This document shows positions 1 through 8,372 of a stretch of 64,000 nucleotides of DNA, piece by piece; positions within the stretch are counted from its first letter, which is position 1; the number at the start of each line of letters is the position of its first letter. Both the position numbers and the translations under genes were made by a program. Origin of the DNA: Oscillospiraceae bacterium (GTDB lineage Bacteria; Bacillota; Clostridia; Oscillospirales; SIG627); the NCBI GenBank assembly GCA_034925865.1, contig JAYFRN010000030.1:1797-65796 (forward strand). The letters are read 5' to 3'. The notes below the pieces were generated by a model. The model did no database searches and had not been told where the DNA came from. It saw only the letters and a list, made by a program, of their open reading frames with translations.

Positions 1-3000
1 ACAGTAACAAATACGAACGACTTCGCGGTATCCAATGTGAATCTGGAGCTGCTTTTGCCGGAAGGAATGTCGGTGAAATCCGATGAGCCCAAAACGATCA
101 ACCTCGCGGCGGGGCAAACGTTGGACGTTTCTTTTACAGCTCAGAATGACAATTCGGGCAACGTACCTAAAACGGGAGACGGATATACGGCTTTGCTTAT
201 CGCTTTTATGCTTGCGGCAGGTATTTTTGCTTATTTATTAACTATGCGAAGAAGAACATGCCGTTCTCCATCGTGTAATTCTGCATCCGGATTAGTCTCC
301 TCTTTAAAAAAGATATTTCCCAAGATATTGTCCCTTTTCCTTTGCTTCGCTCTTCTGATACCTAACATAAATGTTTTTCCGGTATCGGCAGAAACAAGCG
401 GTAAGGATTTTACTGTTGAAGAGACTGTGACAATCGGCGGGAAGCAACAGAAAATCGCCGTCCGGATTTCTATTCTTTCATCTGACGGAAAGCTTACGGT
501 GAGCTTTGAGACAAACGGAGGCAGTGAGATATCTCCCGTTTTGGTAACGAGCGGCAGCGAGCTTTCTGATGTATCGGTTCCTCTCAAGGATGACTATGTC
601 TTTACAGGCTGGTATAAAGACAAAAACCTAACTGAAAAGTTTTATTCCGATGTTCCGGTATCGGAAAATATGACGTTGTATGCGTCATATACAGAGAGAG
701 ATTATAATTATCAGGAATACACGGATTCGGTCAAATTTATAAAAGATTGCGATAATGATATAGCAATTGAGGTTTTATCTTCAGAAACAATTACCGAAGA
801 GAACATCGATGATTACATAACGATCAAGGATGAATGCGATGAAATTCCCGGGCTTGACGTAACGAGCATAGGCGGAGACGTTTATTCAATTACGCCGCAA
901 GAACCGTATTACACCCCCGGAGATACATACGAAATGACATTGTCCGACTATGATGTTTCTTTTAACGACCAAAAAGAACAAGTCAGGACGATTGCTTTCA
1001 GTGTTTTCAAGCCGGAAACCTATGATGTCGCAAGAGACGACGAAATCGTATATCTTCTTTGGAGCGACGTGAACATCGAAGATGATGAAAACGGCGTATA
1101 TAGCCTGACCGCCGCATTCGCACAGCAGAAGGGAATTGCGGAAGGCGTTACGATCTGCCTGTGGAACGGGCAATTCGATGAACAGACAAAGCTGCGTAAT
1201 ATTCTGAGCTGCGAAGCGGCGGAAGGATCTGATCCGCAGCGTGTTCTGCTTATTACCGAACCAAGCAATATAGAAGATATTTACAATAAACTTGACGTCC
1301 ATTTAACAGAGATCATAGATCCTGAGGAATACATTGACTCTCTGGATACAAAACAAATAGAGCAAACGCTGAAAAACAGCGAAAGCACGTTGAAATTTAC
1401 TAAATTTCTCGCGGCGGCGCTCGGTGAAAGCCGAACTGTTGCGGGGATGTCGTCATCTGCTTTTGCGGCGCCGACTGAAAACAACGATAAATTCAATCTT
1501 ACAGTCGATGCCCTTGTAAGCGGCCTGACGATTACAGCATCCGTCGGTACGGCGCAGAATACGAATTTCCCGGGCGCGGCTTCAAACACATGGCTTGTAT
1601 TGACGGTTCAGTTTGCCTACAACACCGTTATCAGCGGAAAAGTTCAGGTAGACGCCGACTTTACGTTTAAAGAATTTATCACGGTTTCCGTCGGAAAAAA
1701 CATTGACTGGGAACCGTTTGTAAAATTCGATTATGACGTATGGCTCGACACCTATTCGCAAACCGAGGTCAGCTTCAACATACTTGTAAAAACGGTCAGT
1801 GAAGACAGCGATTTTATCAATATCACAGACGAAATACAAAATCTGATTGATAATGTTTCGGAAGACAATTCCGCCGTGCCGGGAATAATCAGCGAGGTTC
1901 TTGGATCAAAAGGCGATTATATCGATCTCGCCAAAATCGATCTGTATGAGCATACATTTAATATAAAAGAACCTGTTCCGGTCGTTCAGATAAAATTGGA
2001 CATGGATTTCGTTGTCCGTCTGAATCTCGCTGTCGGCCTTTCGGCGAACAGCACGCTTATGTCTGCGAACCGCATCGGCATACGCGGAGGCAGAAGCAAG
2101 GATACCGAGGAGTACAATTATTCGCTCGAGGGTGACGGACGTCAAAGCTTTGATTTATACTGCGCCGGATATCTGGGAGTAAAAGCGGGTATAAGACTTA
2201 CGTTAAGCGCGAATTTCATGGGCCTTGAAGACGTGGGCAGAGTGGGCTTTACCGGAGAAGTGGGAGCCTATATGGATCTGTACGGTTTTTTACAGCTGCA
2301 TTTATTGAAGAACAATCAAAATGCCTCGCCTAATATCAACATAAACGGCGGTATTTATATGGAGGTCGGTATTTATGTTGAACTGAGTATTTTCGCAGAG
2401 TCGAAGATCTTTAAAGTAAAAGCGGAATGCTCTTTACTCGATAAAAAATTCCCGCTCTATTCTCTCGGGGACAGATATGTTCTTTACAGCTTTGAAAACG
2501 CGGGAAACACTGTTATAATGAATGCAAATTCATATCCGCTTGGCGGCGGAGGGCTGCTGGAGGTACAGATGCTTGATCTGACCACCGGTCAGCTTGTTCA
2601 GGGCAATTATTCTAAGCTGAAAAATTTCTATTTCAGTTTTTCTCATCCGTTTTTCTATATAGATGATAACGATAAAGAAAATCTGAAAGTCGCTCAGTTT
2701 GCTTTCGACACGTCGCATCAGGGTGTTTTTGTGCCGGTTAATACACAGCGCCTGGATGCTACGGTGGAAATTTATTACGGCGGTTCCAATCTCTGCTTCA
2801 GCACAAAGAAAAAAGGCTATACCTATAATGAAATTAAAATCATATGGATCGATCCGGGTGTAGACGCAAGCAAGATCGATAATTTAGATACAGTGACCGC
2901 AACATATGTTTTGAATTTGGACGGAGAAAAGACTGTCCTGCTTACAAAGCCGGTGCTTGCGGGAATGGTCGCCGGAGCATATGATTTGTCTGAATATACA

Positions 3001-6000
3001 GATTACGCGAAAGTTACCGGTTATGAAAACGACTGGAGCAATGCCATGTGGCAAGATACTGTGTATACAGTCGATATGAGTATGCTTCAGGTGCTTGTGT
3101 CGTATATGTACGTACATGACCGGGTATGGCAGTATAAAATATACGCATGCCAAAAGGATTCAGTCGCTCCGGATCCGAGTCCGGAGGAGTTGTCTACCGG
3201 ACAGTTAAGAAAGTTCCGAAACTGGCTAAGAAGCGATTACCGTTTTCTGAATCCGTATCCGACTAAGACAATGAAAACGGACACGATCACGCAAAATGAC
3301 ATAGTGTGTGCCGATATGCTGGGAATGACATATACGGGCTATGATACAACGGCTCCGGTTTTCAGCTTTTCCGGTACATATAAGCAATGCTGTGAAAAAT
3401 TTTATGAAAATCAAAAAACGATGAACACAATGCTACTCAAAGTGGCAAATTATGATTATATCGCTCCGCAGATCACATTCGTTTATCCTTCTATGAGATA
3501 CCGTGTTTTCGGACAGGATATGTCGGTTTCTTTCCAGGATGAAACAAGATATAATGTATTTTATGATGAGATTCCTGCGCCGACCAAACACAATGTTTAT
3601 CCCGGCTGTGATATACTCGGCTGGGATGAAAACGGAGACGGAATTGCGGATTATACATATGACGGTCTGCCTCCGGTGACTGAAAGTAAAAAATACAAGC
3701 TGATCGTTAAAATAAAAACATATACTGCGACCGTTCTCGACGCCGACGGAAATACTTTGGGAACAGAGACGGTTAATATCGGAAATCTGCCGGCCGCGAT
3801 TTATACAAAGCCCGCTCATCCCTCGGGAAACGATAAATACCGGTTTGAATACTGGGAAGCCTCAGTTTCCGGCGGCGATTTTGTAAAGTGGGATGAATCG
3901 AAGGATTACGGGATGAATTCCGACTGGACTCTGCGTCCGGTATATGCCGAATATTACAATGTGACCTTCGACTATGGCGAGGGAAGCTATAACGGGAAGG
4001 ACTGCGAAACCGTCTCGGTCAAAGCTGGGCAGTATATTTTATCAGAGCTGACTTCCGCCGTGCCGGTATGTACCGGAGACAATATAACCTATTACACCTT
4101 CGGTGGCTGGGACGGCGATTCAGTTGTAAATGTAAACCGAAACCTTGTTTTCCATGCGATGTATACACCCCATCCGGTTCAGTATACGGCAACGTTTGAG
4201 ACTTCTGTCGGCCAATTCAGCGGAGGGACATCCACTGTGACCATGACGGGGAGCTACAGCGAATATATCACGTTTATCAACGACTTCCTTGCCTCAAACT
4301 CGCAGTTTTTTCATGTATATACGGATGATACAGTTTACACTTTCCATTCCTGGAGCATCTATAACGGGGAATATTCAGTGCGTTATGTGGCGAACTGGAG
4401 TTCCTCTGCGAGGACATACACCGTGGCTTTCGACGCTGGAGAAGGTCAATTCGGAGGCGGAATCACCGAGTATTCTCTTCCGTATTCCTATGGAGCGAAC
4501 GCTGATCTTTCCTCTGCAAACGGTGCATATAAATCCGCCGATAATTATTATATCTACAAACTTGCCGGCTGGCGTGATCAGAACGGAAATGTATATGGCG
4601 TAAACGGAGTTGTCACTGTCCATGGAGATATGACCTTTACCGCAATTTATGAGCAGGACGGACATGTGCTTTACACCGTTACTCTTATTGCTGGAGGAGG
4701 TAAATTTGCGAATGGAACGGATGTGAAAACATTCGTCGGCGCTTATGGAGATCCGACGAACATTTCGGTAAGCGATCCTGTATGGGAGACGAATTACGCT
4801 CAGTATTATTATGTGTTTGACGGCTGGTCTGCCGATTTTCCCGCGACATTTTCAGGAAACCAGACGATCAGCGCAAGATACAGAACCGTTTATTACAACT
4901 ATTCCATCACATTTGACGCGGGAAGCGGTTCGTTTGCGGGCGGCGTGAAAACAATCGGCCAAACATATCACTATGGAGATGAGATCGTTCCGCCTGACGA
5001 TCCTTCCATACCGGAAAACGATTATTTCCGTTATGAATTTACAGGCTGGTCGCCGGCACTCACGGCTGGTCAAACCGTGGCTTACAACCGTACATATACG
5101 GCGGCCTATCGCTCGATATCCAAGAACGCGACTTTGCCGGCAAGCGGAATCAATGTGACTAAAAACGGAGTGACAGAGGATATCTGTGTTGGCAGTATCG
5201 CAGGCTATACCTATAGTATGATGGAAACCTACAATTCGGGAGTTTATATTCCCGTATTGACGATAACCGGAAACGGACTGACCTTCAGCGGAACAAGCAG
5301 CACGGTTTATGTTATTGTTTCCGAAACTGTCACGAACGTCACCTTCAATGGTCTCAATCTGTCCGGCGGCTATGAATATATGGACGGTGTTATCAATGTT
5401 CCCAAAAGTGTAAGTGCATTAACAGTACATATCACGGGAAGCTGCGTCTTCCGGAACACAGCTGAATACAGGAGCACCATGCGTATCGAGCGTCCCGCGG
5501 CATTTATTGGCTCGGATGAAAATGCCTCGATGCAGCTCGATTCGATCGAAAGTACGTTGATTTACAGCGTTAACGACCTCACCTTTGACACGCTGCATTT
5601 GACGATCTCCGCCGATAACGGCATCGACAATGACGACAGTTATGTATATGTACTGTCAGGGGATACTGGCGGAGAAGAACAGATTGTATGCAGCTTCCTG
5701 AATTCAAACGTGAATATCACTTCGGACGGCTTTGGGCTTTCGACAATGATGCTTTCATTAGTAATACGAAACAGTGTGTTCAACATCGATTGCGAGGGTT
5801 GTGCTTTCTCTGCTCTCGCCGTATTTACGGTTCAGAATTCTGCCATAACGGTCACAACGGAGCAAGGTGTCTATGTTGCCGGAGATGCCATGTTCTCCGG
5901 TTCGTCGCAAATCACGCTAAAAGTATCTGATTCCTCTATCGATATGCCGGTTTTGTGGGCTGACGGAATGATCAGTTTCAACGATTTTACAGGCAGCTTT

Positions 6001-6207
6001 GAGGCTTACTGGATCGACGAGAGCACAGGGCGCGCGGCTGTGTGCGCGGTCGGAGAAATACGCTTCGTTGAAAGCGGTCAGGAAGTGAGCTCCGCGGGTT
6101 ATAATCTAAACGGGGCGGTAATCATGCTGTTCACAGATCCGGCAGGAAATTATTACAGCTTTTCGAATGTTGCAGATACGCCTGTGGCCCATGTCAGAAT
6201 AAATTAA
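1..6207 (+). CDS. Giant secreted/cell-surface repeat protein ORF; 5' end runs off the window (Listeria-Bacteroides / Flg_new-type repeats plus unassigned regions)
   Basis: Frame 1 is open from nt 1 to TAA 6205-6207. It has eight or more ~70-aa repeats ending in an aromatic-x-GW signature (FTGWYKD, ILGWDENGDG, FEYWEAS, FGGWDGD, FHSWSIY, LAGWRDQNG, FDGWSAD, FTGWSPA). The last ~400 aa are short periodic beta-strand-like units. The first ~85 codons are the sorting signal of an upstream module (see separate feature and finding). Confidence 0.8.
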   Translation, partial: TVTNTNDFAVSNVNLELLLPEGMSVKSDEPKTINLAAGQTLDVSFTAQNDNSGNVPKTGDGYTALLIAFMLAAGIFAYLLTMRRRTCRSPSCNSASGLVSSLKKIFPKILSLFLCFALLIPNINVFPVSAETSGKDFTVEETVTIGGKQQKIAVRISILSSDGKLTVSFETNGGSEISPVLVTSGSELSDVSVPLKDDYVFTGWYKDKNLTEKFYSDVPVSENMTLYASYTERDYNYQEYTDSVKFIKDCDNDIAIEVLSSETITEENIDDYITIKDECDEIPGLDVTSIGGDVYSITPQEPYYTPGDTYEMTLSDYDVSFNDQKEQVRTIAFSVFKPETYDVARDDEIVYLLWSDVNIEDDENGVYSLTAAFAQQKGIAEGVTICLWNGQFDEQTKLRNILSCEAAEGSDPQRVLLITEPSNIEDIYNKLDVHLTEIIDPEEYIDSLDTKQIEQTLKNSESTLKFTKFLAAALGESRTVAGMSSSAFAAPTENNDKFNLTVDALVSGLTITASVGTAQNTNFPGAASNTWLVLTVQFAYNTVISGKVQVDADFTFKEFITVSVGKNIDWEPFVKFDYDVWLDTYSQTEVSFNILVKTVSEDSDFINITDEIQNLIDNVSEDNSAVPGIISEVLGSKGDYIDLAKIDLYEHTFNIKEPVPVVQIKLDMDFVVRLNLAVGLSANSTLMSANRIGIRGGRSKDTEEYNYSLEGDGRQSFDLYCAGYLGVKAGIRLTLSANFMGLEDVGRVGFTGEVGAYMDLYGFLQLHLLKNNQNASPNININGGIYMEVGIYVELSIFAESKIFKVKAECSLLDKKFPLYSLGDRYVLYSFENAGNTVIMNANSYPLGGGGLLEVQMLDLTTGQLVQGNYSKLKNFYFSFSHPFFYIDDNDKENLKVAQFAFDTSHQGVFVPVNTQRLDATVEIYYGGSNLCFSTKKKGYTYNEIKIIWIDPGVDASKIDNLDTVTATYVLNLDGEKTVLLTKPVLAGMVAGAYDLSEYTDYAKVTGYENDWSNAMWQDTVYTVDMSMLQVLVSYMYVHDRVWQYKIYACQKDSVAPDPSPEELSTGQLRKFRNWLRSDYRFLNPYPTKTMKTDTITQNDIVCADMLGMTYTGYDTTAPVFSFSGTYKQCCEKFYENQKTMNTMLLKVANYDYIAPQITFVYPSMRYRVFGQDMSVSFQDETRYNVFYDEIPAPTKHNVYPGCDILGWDENGDGIADYTYDGLPPVTESKKYKLIVKIKTYTATVLDADGNTLGTETVNIGNLPAAIYTKPAHPSGNDKYRFEYWEASVSGGDFVKWDESKDYGMNSDWTLRPVYAEYYNVTFDYGEGSYNGKDCETVSVKAGQYILSELTSAVPVCTGDNITYYTFGGWDGDSVVNVNRNLVFHAMYTPHPVQYTATFETSVGQFSGGTSTVTMTGSYSEYITFINDFLASNSQFFHVYTDDTVYTFHSWSIYNGEYSVRYVANWSSSARTYTVAFDAGEGQFGGGITEYSLPYSYGANADLSSANGAYKSADNYYIYKLAGWRDQNGNVYGVNGVVTVHGDMTFTAIYEQDGHVLYTVTLIAGGGKFANGTDVKTFVGAYGDPTNISVSDPVWETNYAQYYYVFDGWSADFPATFSGNQTISARYRTVYYNYSITFDAGSGSFAGGVKTIGQTYHYGDEIVPPDDPSIPENDYFRYEFTGWSPALTAGQTVAYNRTYTAAYRSISKNATLPASGINVTKNGVTEDICVGSIAGYTYSMMETYNSGVYIPVLTITGNGLTFSGTSSTVYVIVSETVTNVTFNGLNLSGGYEYMDGVINVPKSVSALTVHITGSCVFRNTAEYRSTMRIERPAAFIGSDENASMQLDSIESTLIYSVNDLTFDTLHLTISADNGIDNDDSYVYVLSGDTGGEEQIVCSFLNSNVNITSDGFGLSTMMLSLVIRNSVFNIDCEGCAFSALAVFTVQNSAITVTTEQGVYVAGDAMFSGSSQITLKVSDSSIDMPVLWADGMISFNDFTGSFEAYWIDESTGRAAVCAVGEIRFVESGQEVSSAGYNLNGAVIMLFTDPAGNYYSFSNVADTPVAHVRIN
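163..255 (+). other. Sortase (LPXTG-type) cell-wall sorting signal embedded in the ORF
   Basis: Translation of 163-255 is VPKTGD, then GYTALLIAFMLAAGIFAYLLT, then MRRR. This is the motif / hydrophobic segment / basic tail architecture. Confidence 0.75.
304..390 (+). other. Sec-type signal-peptide-like segment inside the same ORF
   Basis: LKKIFPKILSLFLCFALLIPNINVFPVSA followed by ETSG: basic n-region, hydrophobic core, and a VSA small-residue cleavage motif. Confidence 0.6.
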
Positions 6208-6230
6208 TTATCGCGTATCATATCATAAAA

Positions 6231-6272
6231 ACAAACAGCGCAGAGGCTTTTTAAAGCTTCGGCGCTGTTTGT
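6231..6272. terminator. Hairpin between the convergent giant ORF and recG (possible bidirectional terminator)
   Basis: Inverted repeat ACAAACAGCGC (6231-6241) / GCGCTGTTTGT (6262-6272) with a 20-nt loop, flanked by A-rich and T-rich sequence. The long loop makes its strength uncertain. Confidence 0.5.
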
Positions 6273-6284
6273 TGATATAAAATC

Positions 6285-6322
6285 GAATTTCTTGCCAGGA
6301 CTTCTTTTCAAAGAAGCCGCGT
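6285..6322 (-). repeat. Family-1 dispersed hairpin core, copy 1
   Basis: The minus strand reads ACGCGGCTTCTTTGAAAAGAAGTCCTGGCAAGAAATTC. It lies about 20 nt downstream of the recG stop and is co-oriented with recG. It matches the copies at 14583, 22481, 46804 and 60488. Confidence 0.85.
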
Positions 6323-6344
6323 TCCTTAATACCTTTATGCGTTT

Positions 6345-8372
6345 TTAATGTATCTCCTCGTTTTCCGGTATATTTACCATTCTTTCCGCTTCGGCCTTCG
6401 CCATCGCCATGACACCGGCGTCGGCAAGACCTGCGAGAGCAAATACCGGCTGTCCGGACTGACGGGTTCCGAAGAAATCACCGGGTCCTCTCGACGCGAG
6501 GTCGAATTCGGCCAGCTTGAACCCGTCGTATTCCTCGCATAGCTTATTAAGTCGTTCTGATTCGCTTTGTCCGGAGGAATGCGAAGAAAACATAATCATA
6601 AAAGACTCCGCGCTTCCTCGCCCGACACGTCCGCGCAGCTGATGAAGCTGTGCAAGACCGAAGCGTTCCGCGTTTTCGACGATCATAACAGTCGCCTCCG
6701 GCACGTCGACACCGACTTCGATTACCGTGGTTGAAACAAGCACGTCAAGCTCTCCGCAAGTAAATTCGCGCATTATGCCGTCTTTTTCTGACGGCTTCAT
6801 TTTTCCGTGCATCAGTCCGATCCTCAGTCCGGGCAGAGCATTTGCCGCCTGATCCCGGCGCGATACCGCATCGCACAGCTCCGCTCCCGTATCTTCATCA
6901 TCCGGTTCTATGGCGGGGCAAACGATATATGTCCTGTGCCCGGATGTGGCTTCCTTAATTATAAGCGCGTCGATCCGTTTTCTCATATCGTCGCCGCAGA
7001 GGAAGGTACGCACGCGTCTTCGACCCGGCGGAAGCTCGTCAATAACCGATATATCGCGATCGGCATATAAAAACATGGCTAATGTGCGCGGAATCGGAGT
7101 AGCGGACATTAAAAGAATATGTCCTCCGCCGGATTTCTCCGCGAGCATATCGCGCTGACGGACGCCGAAACGGTGCTGTTCGTCGGTTATGACAAGCCCG
7201 ACGTCAGATATGTTTACCCAGTCGGATATCAGCGCATGCGTGCCGAAAACAAAAAAACGCTGTCCGGACGCGGCTTGGGATAAAAATCTTTTACGCGCTG
7301 ATGCCGGAGTGGAGCCGGTTATTAAAATACATTCAAATCCCGGTTCGGACATTTTTGAAAATAAAGCGGAAGCTTTTTCATAATGCTGTGACGCGAGAAT
7401 TTCCGTCGGAGCCATCAGCATGACATTATATCCGTTTTTTAATACGGTAAAAGCCGCGCAGAAGGCGACGGCGGTCTTTCCGCTGCCGACATCGCCCTGT
7501 AAAAGGCGATTCATCGGCTTTATATGCTTATCCGAAGAAGGATTCCGGCATATATCGGAGCGAATTTCGGATATGACTCTATTTTGTGCGGAGGTAAGAG
7601 CAAAGCCCAGCGCGGAAAAAAAGCCGTCCAGCGAGACGGGATTCATCGGGATAGCAGTGGCGGCTGTACGCTCTGTTCCTGATTTCTGCATTTTAAGGGC
7701 GAAATCATAGAATTCGTCGAACGCCAGTCTGTTGAGAGCCGATTTAAGCTCCGTTTCGCTTTGCGGACGATGAACGGCGCGGACGGCGTCCGCGCGACCC
7801 ATAAATCCAAGACGTGAAAGTTGTTCCGCGCTCAGGGTTTCCGAAATGACAGAGTCCGTTTCTCCCAGTACCAAGCCGATGAATTTTTCCGTCTCGCGCG
7901 AGCTTATTCCTTCAACGCAGGGATAAACGGGGCGGTATGGAAGCGACGGGTTAAATTCCTTTTCGCTCAAGGGAGAGCTTAAGTAGCGGACGCCGTTGAG
8001 CTTTTTGATTGCTCCCGTGAAATACCGCTTGTCTCCCACGGAAAAGCTGTTTTTTATATATGGATTGTTGAAATAGGTTATAACCGCCCGCGAGGAGTCA
8101 TCAAAGACCGAAAATCTGACGGCCTTTAAACCGCTTTTCATCTTGAATAATGAAGGCCTTGAAGCAACAGTGAGGCAGAAGACACATGTTTTTCCTTCCG
8201 GCGCTTCAGCCAGATTGATTATACGGTTGATTCTGTATGAACGCGGAAACAAAAACAGCAGCTCGGAGACATTCGTGACCCCGAGCTTTAAATAATGTTC
8301 TGCTTTTACCTTCCCGATTCCGTTAACTGATGTCAGCGGACTGTCATAGAAGAAACGGAAGGAAGGCTTCAT
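6345..8372 (-). CDS. recG: ATP-dependent DNA helicase RecG
   Basis: 675 aa with helicase motifs GDVGSGKT (Walker A) and DEQHRFG, a C-terminal helicase domain (QLHQLRGRVGRG) and an N-terminal wedge/OB-like region. Length and motif order are typical of RecG. Confidence 0.92.
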   Translation of the reverse strand: MKPSFRFFYDSPLTSVNGIGKVKAEHYLKLGVTNVSELLFLFPRSYRINRIINLAEAPEGKTCVFCLTVASRPSLFKMKSGLKAVRFSVFDDSSRAVITYFNNPYIKNSFSVGDKRYFTGAIKKLNGVRYLSSPLSEKEFNPSLPYRPVYPCVEGISSRETEKFIGLVLGETDSVISETLSAEQLSRLGFMGRADAVRAVHRPQSETELKSALNRLAFDEFYDFALKMQKSGTERTAATAIPMNPVSLDGFFSALGFALTSAQNRVISEIRSDICRNPSSDKHIKPMNRLLQGDVGSGKTAVAFCAAFTVLKNGYNVMLMAPTEILASQHYEKASALFSKMSEPGFECILITGSTPASARKRFLSQAASGQRFFVFGTHALISDWVNISDVGLVITDEQHRFGVRQRDMLAEKSGGGHILLMSATPIPRTLAMFLYADRDISVIDELPPGRRRVRTFLCGDDMRKRIDALIIKEATSGHRTYIVCPAIEPDDEDTGAELCDAVSRRDQAANALPGLRIGLMHGKMKPSEKDGIMREFTCGELDVLVSTTVIEVGVDVPEATVMIVENAERFGLAQLHQLRGRVGRGSAESFMIMFSSHSSGQSESERLNKLCEEYDGFKLAEFDLASRGPGDFFGTRQSGQPVFALAGLADAGVMAMAKAEAERMVNIPENEEIH

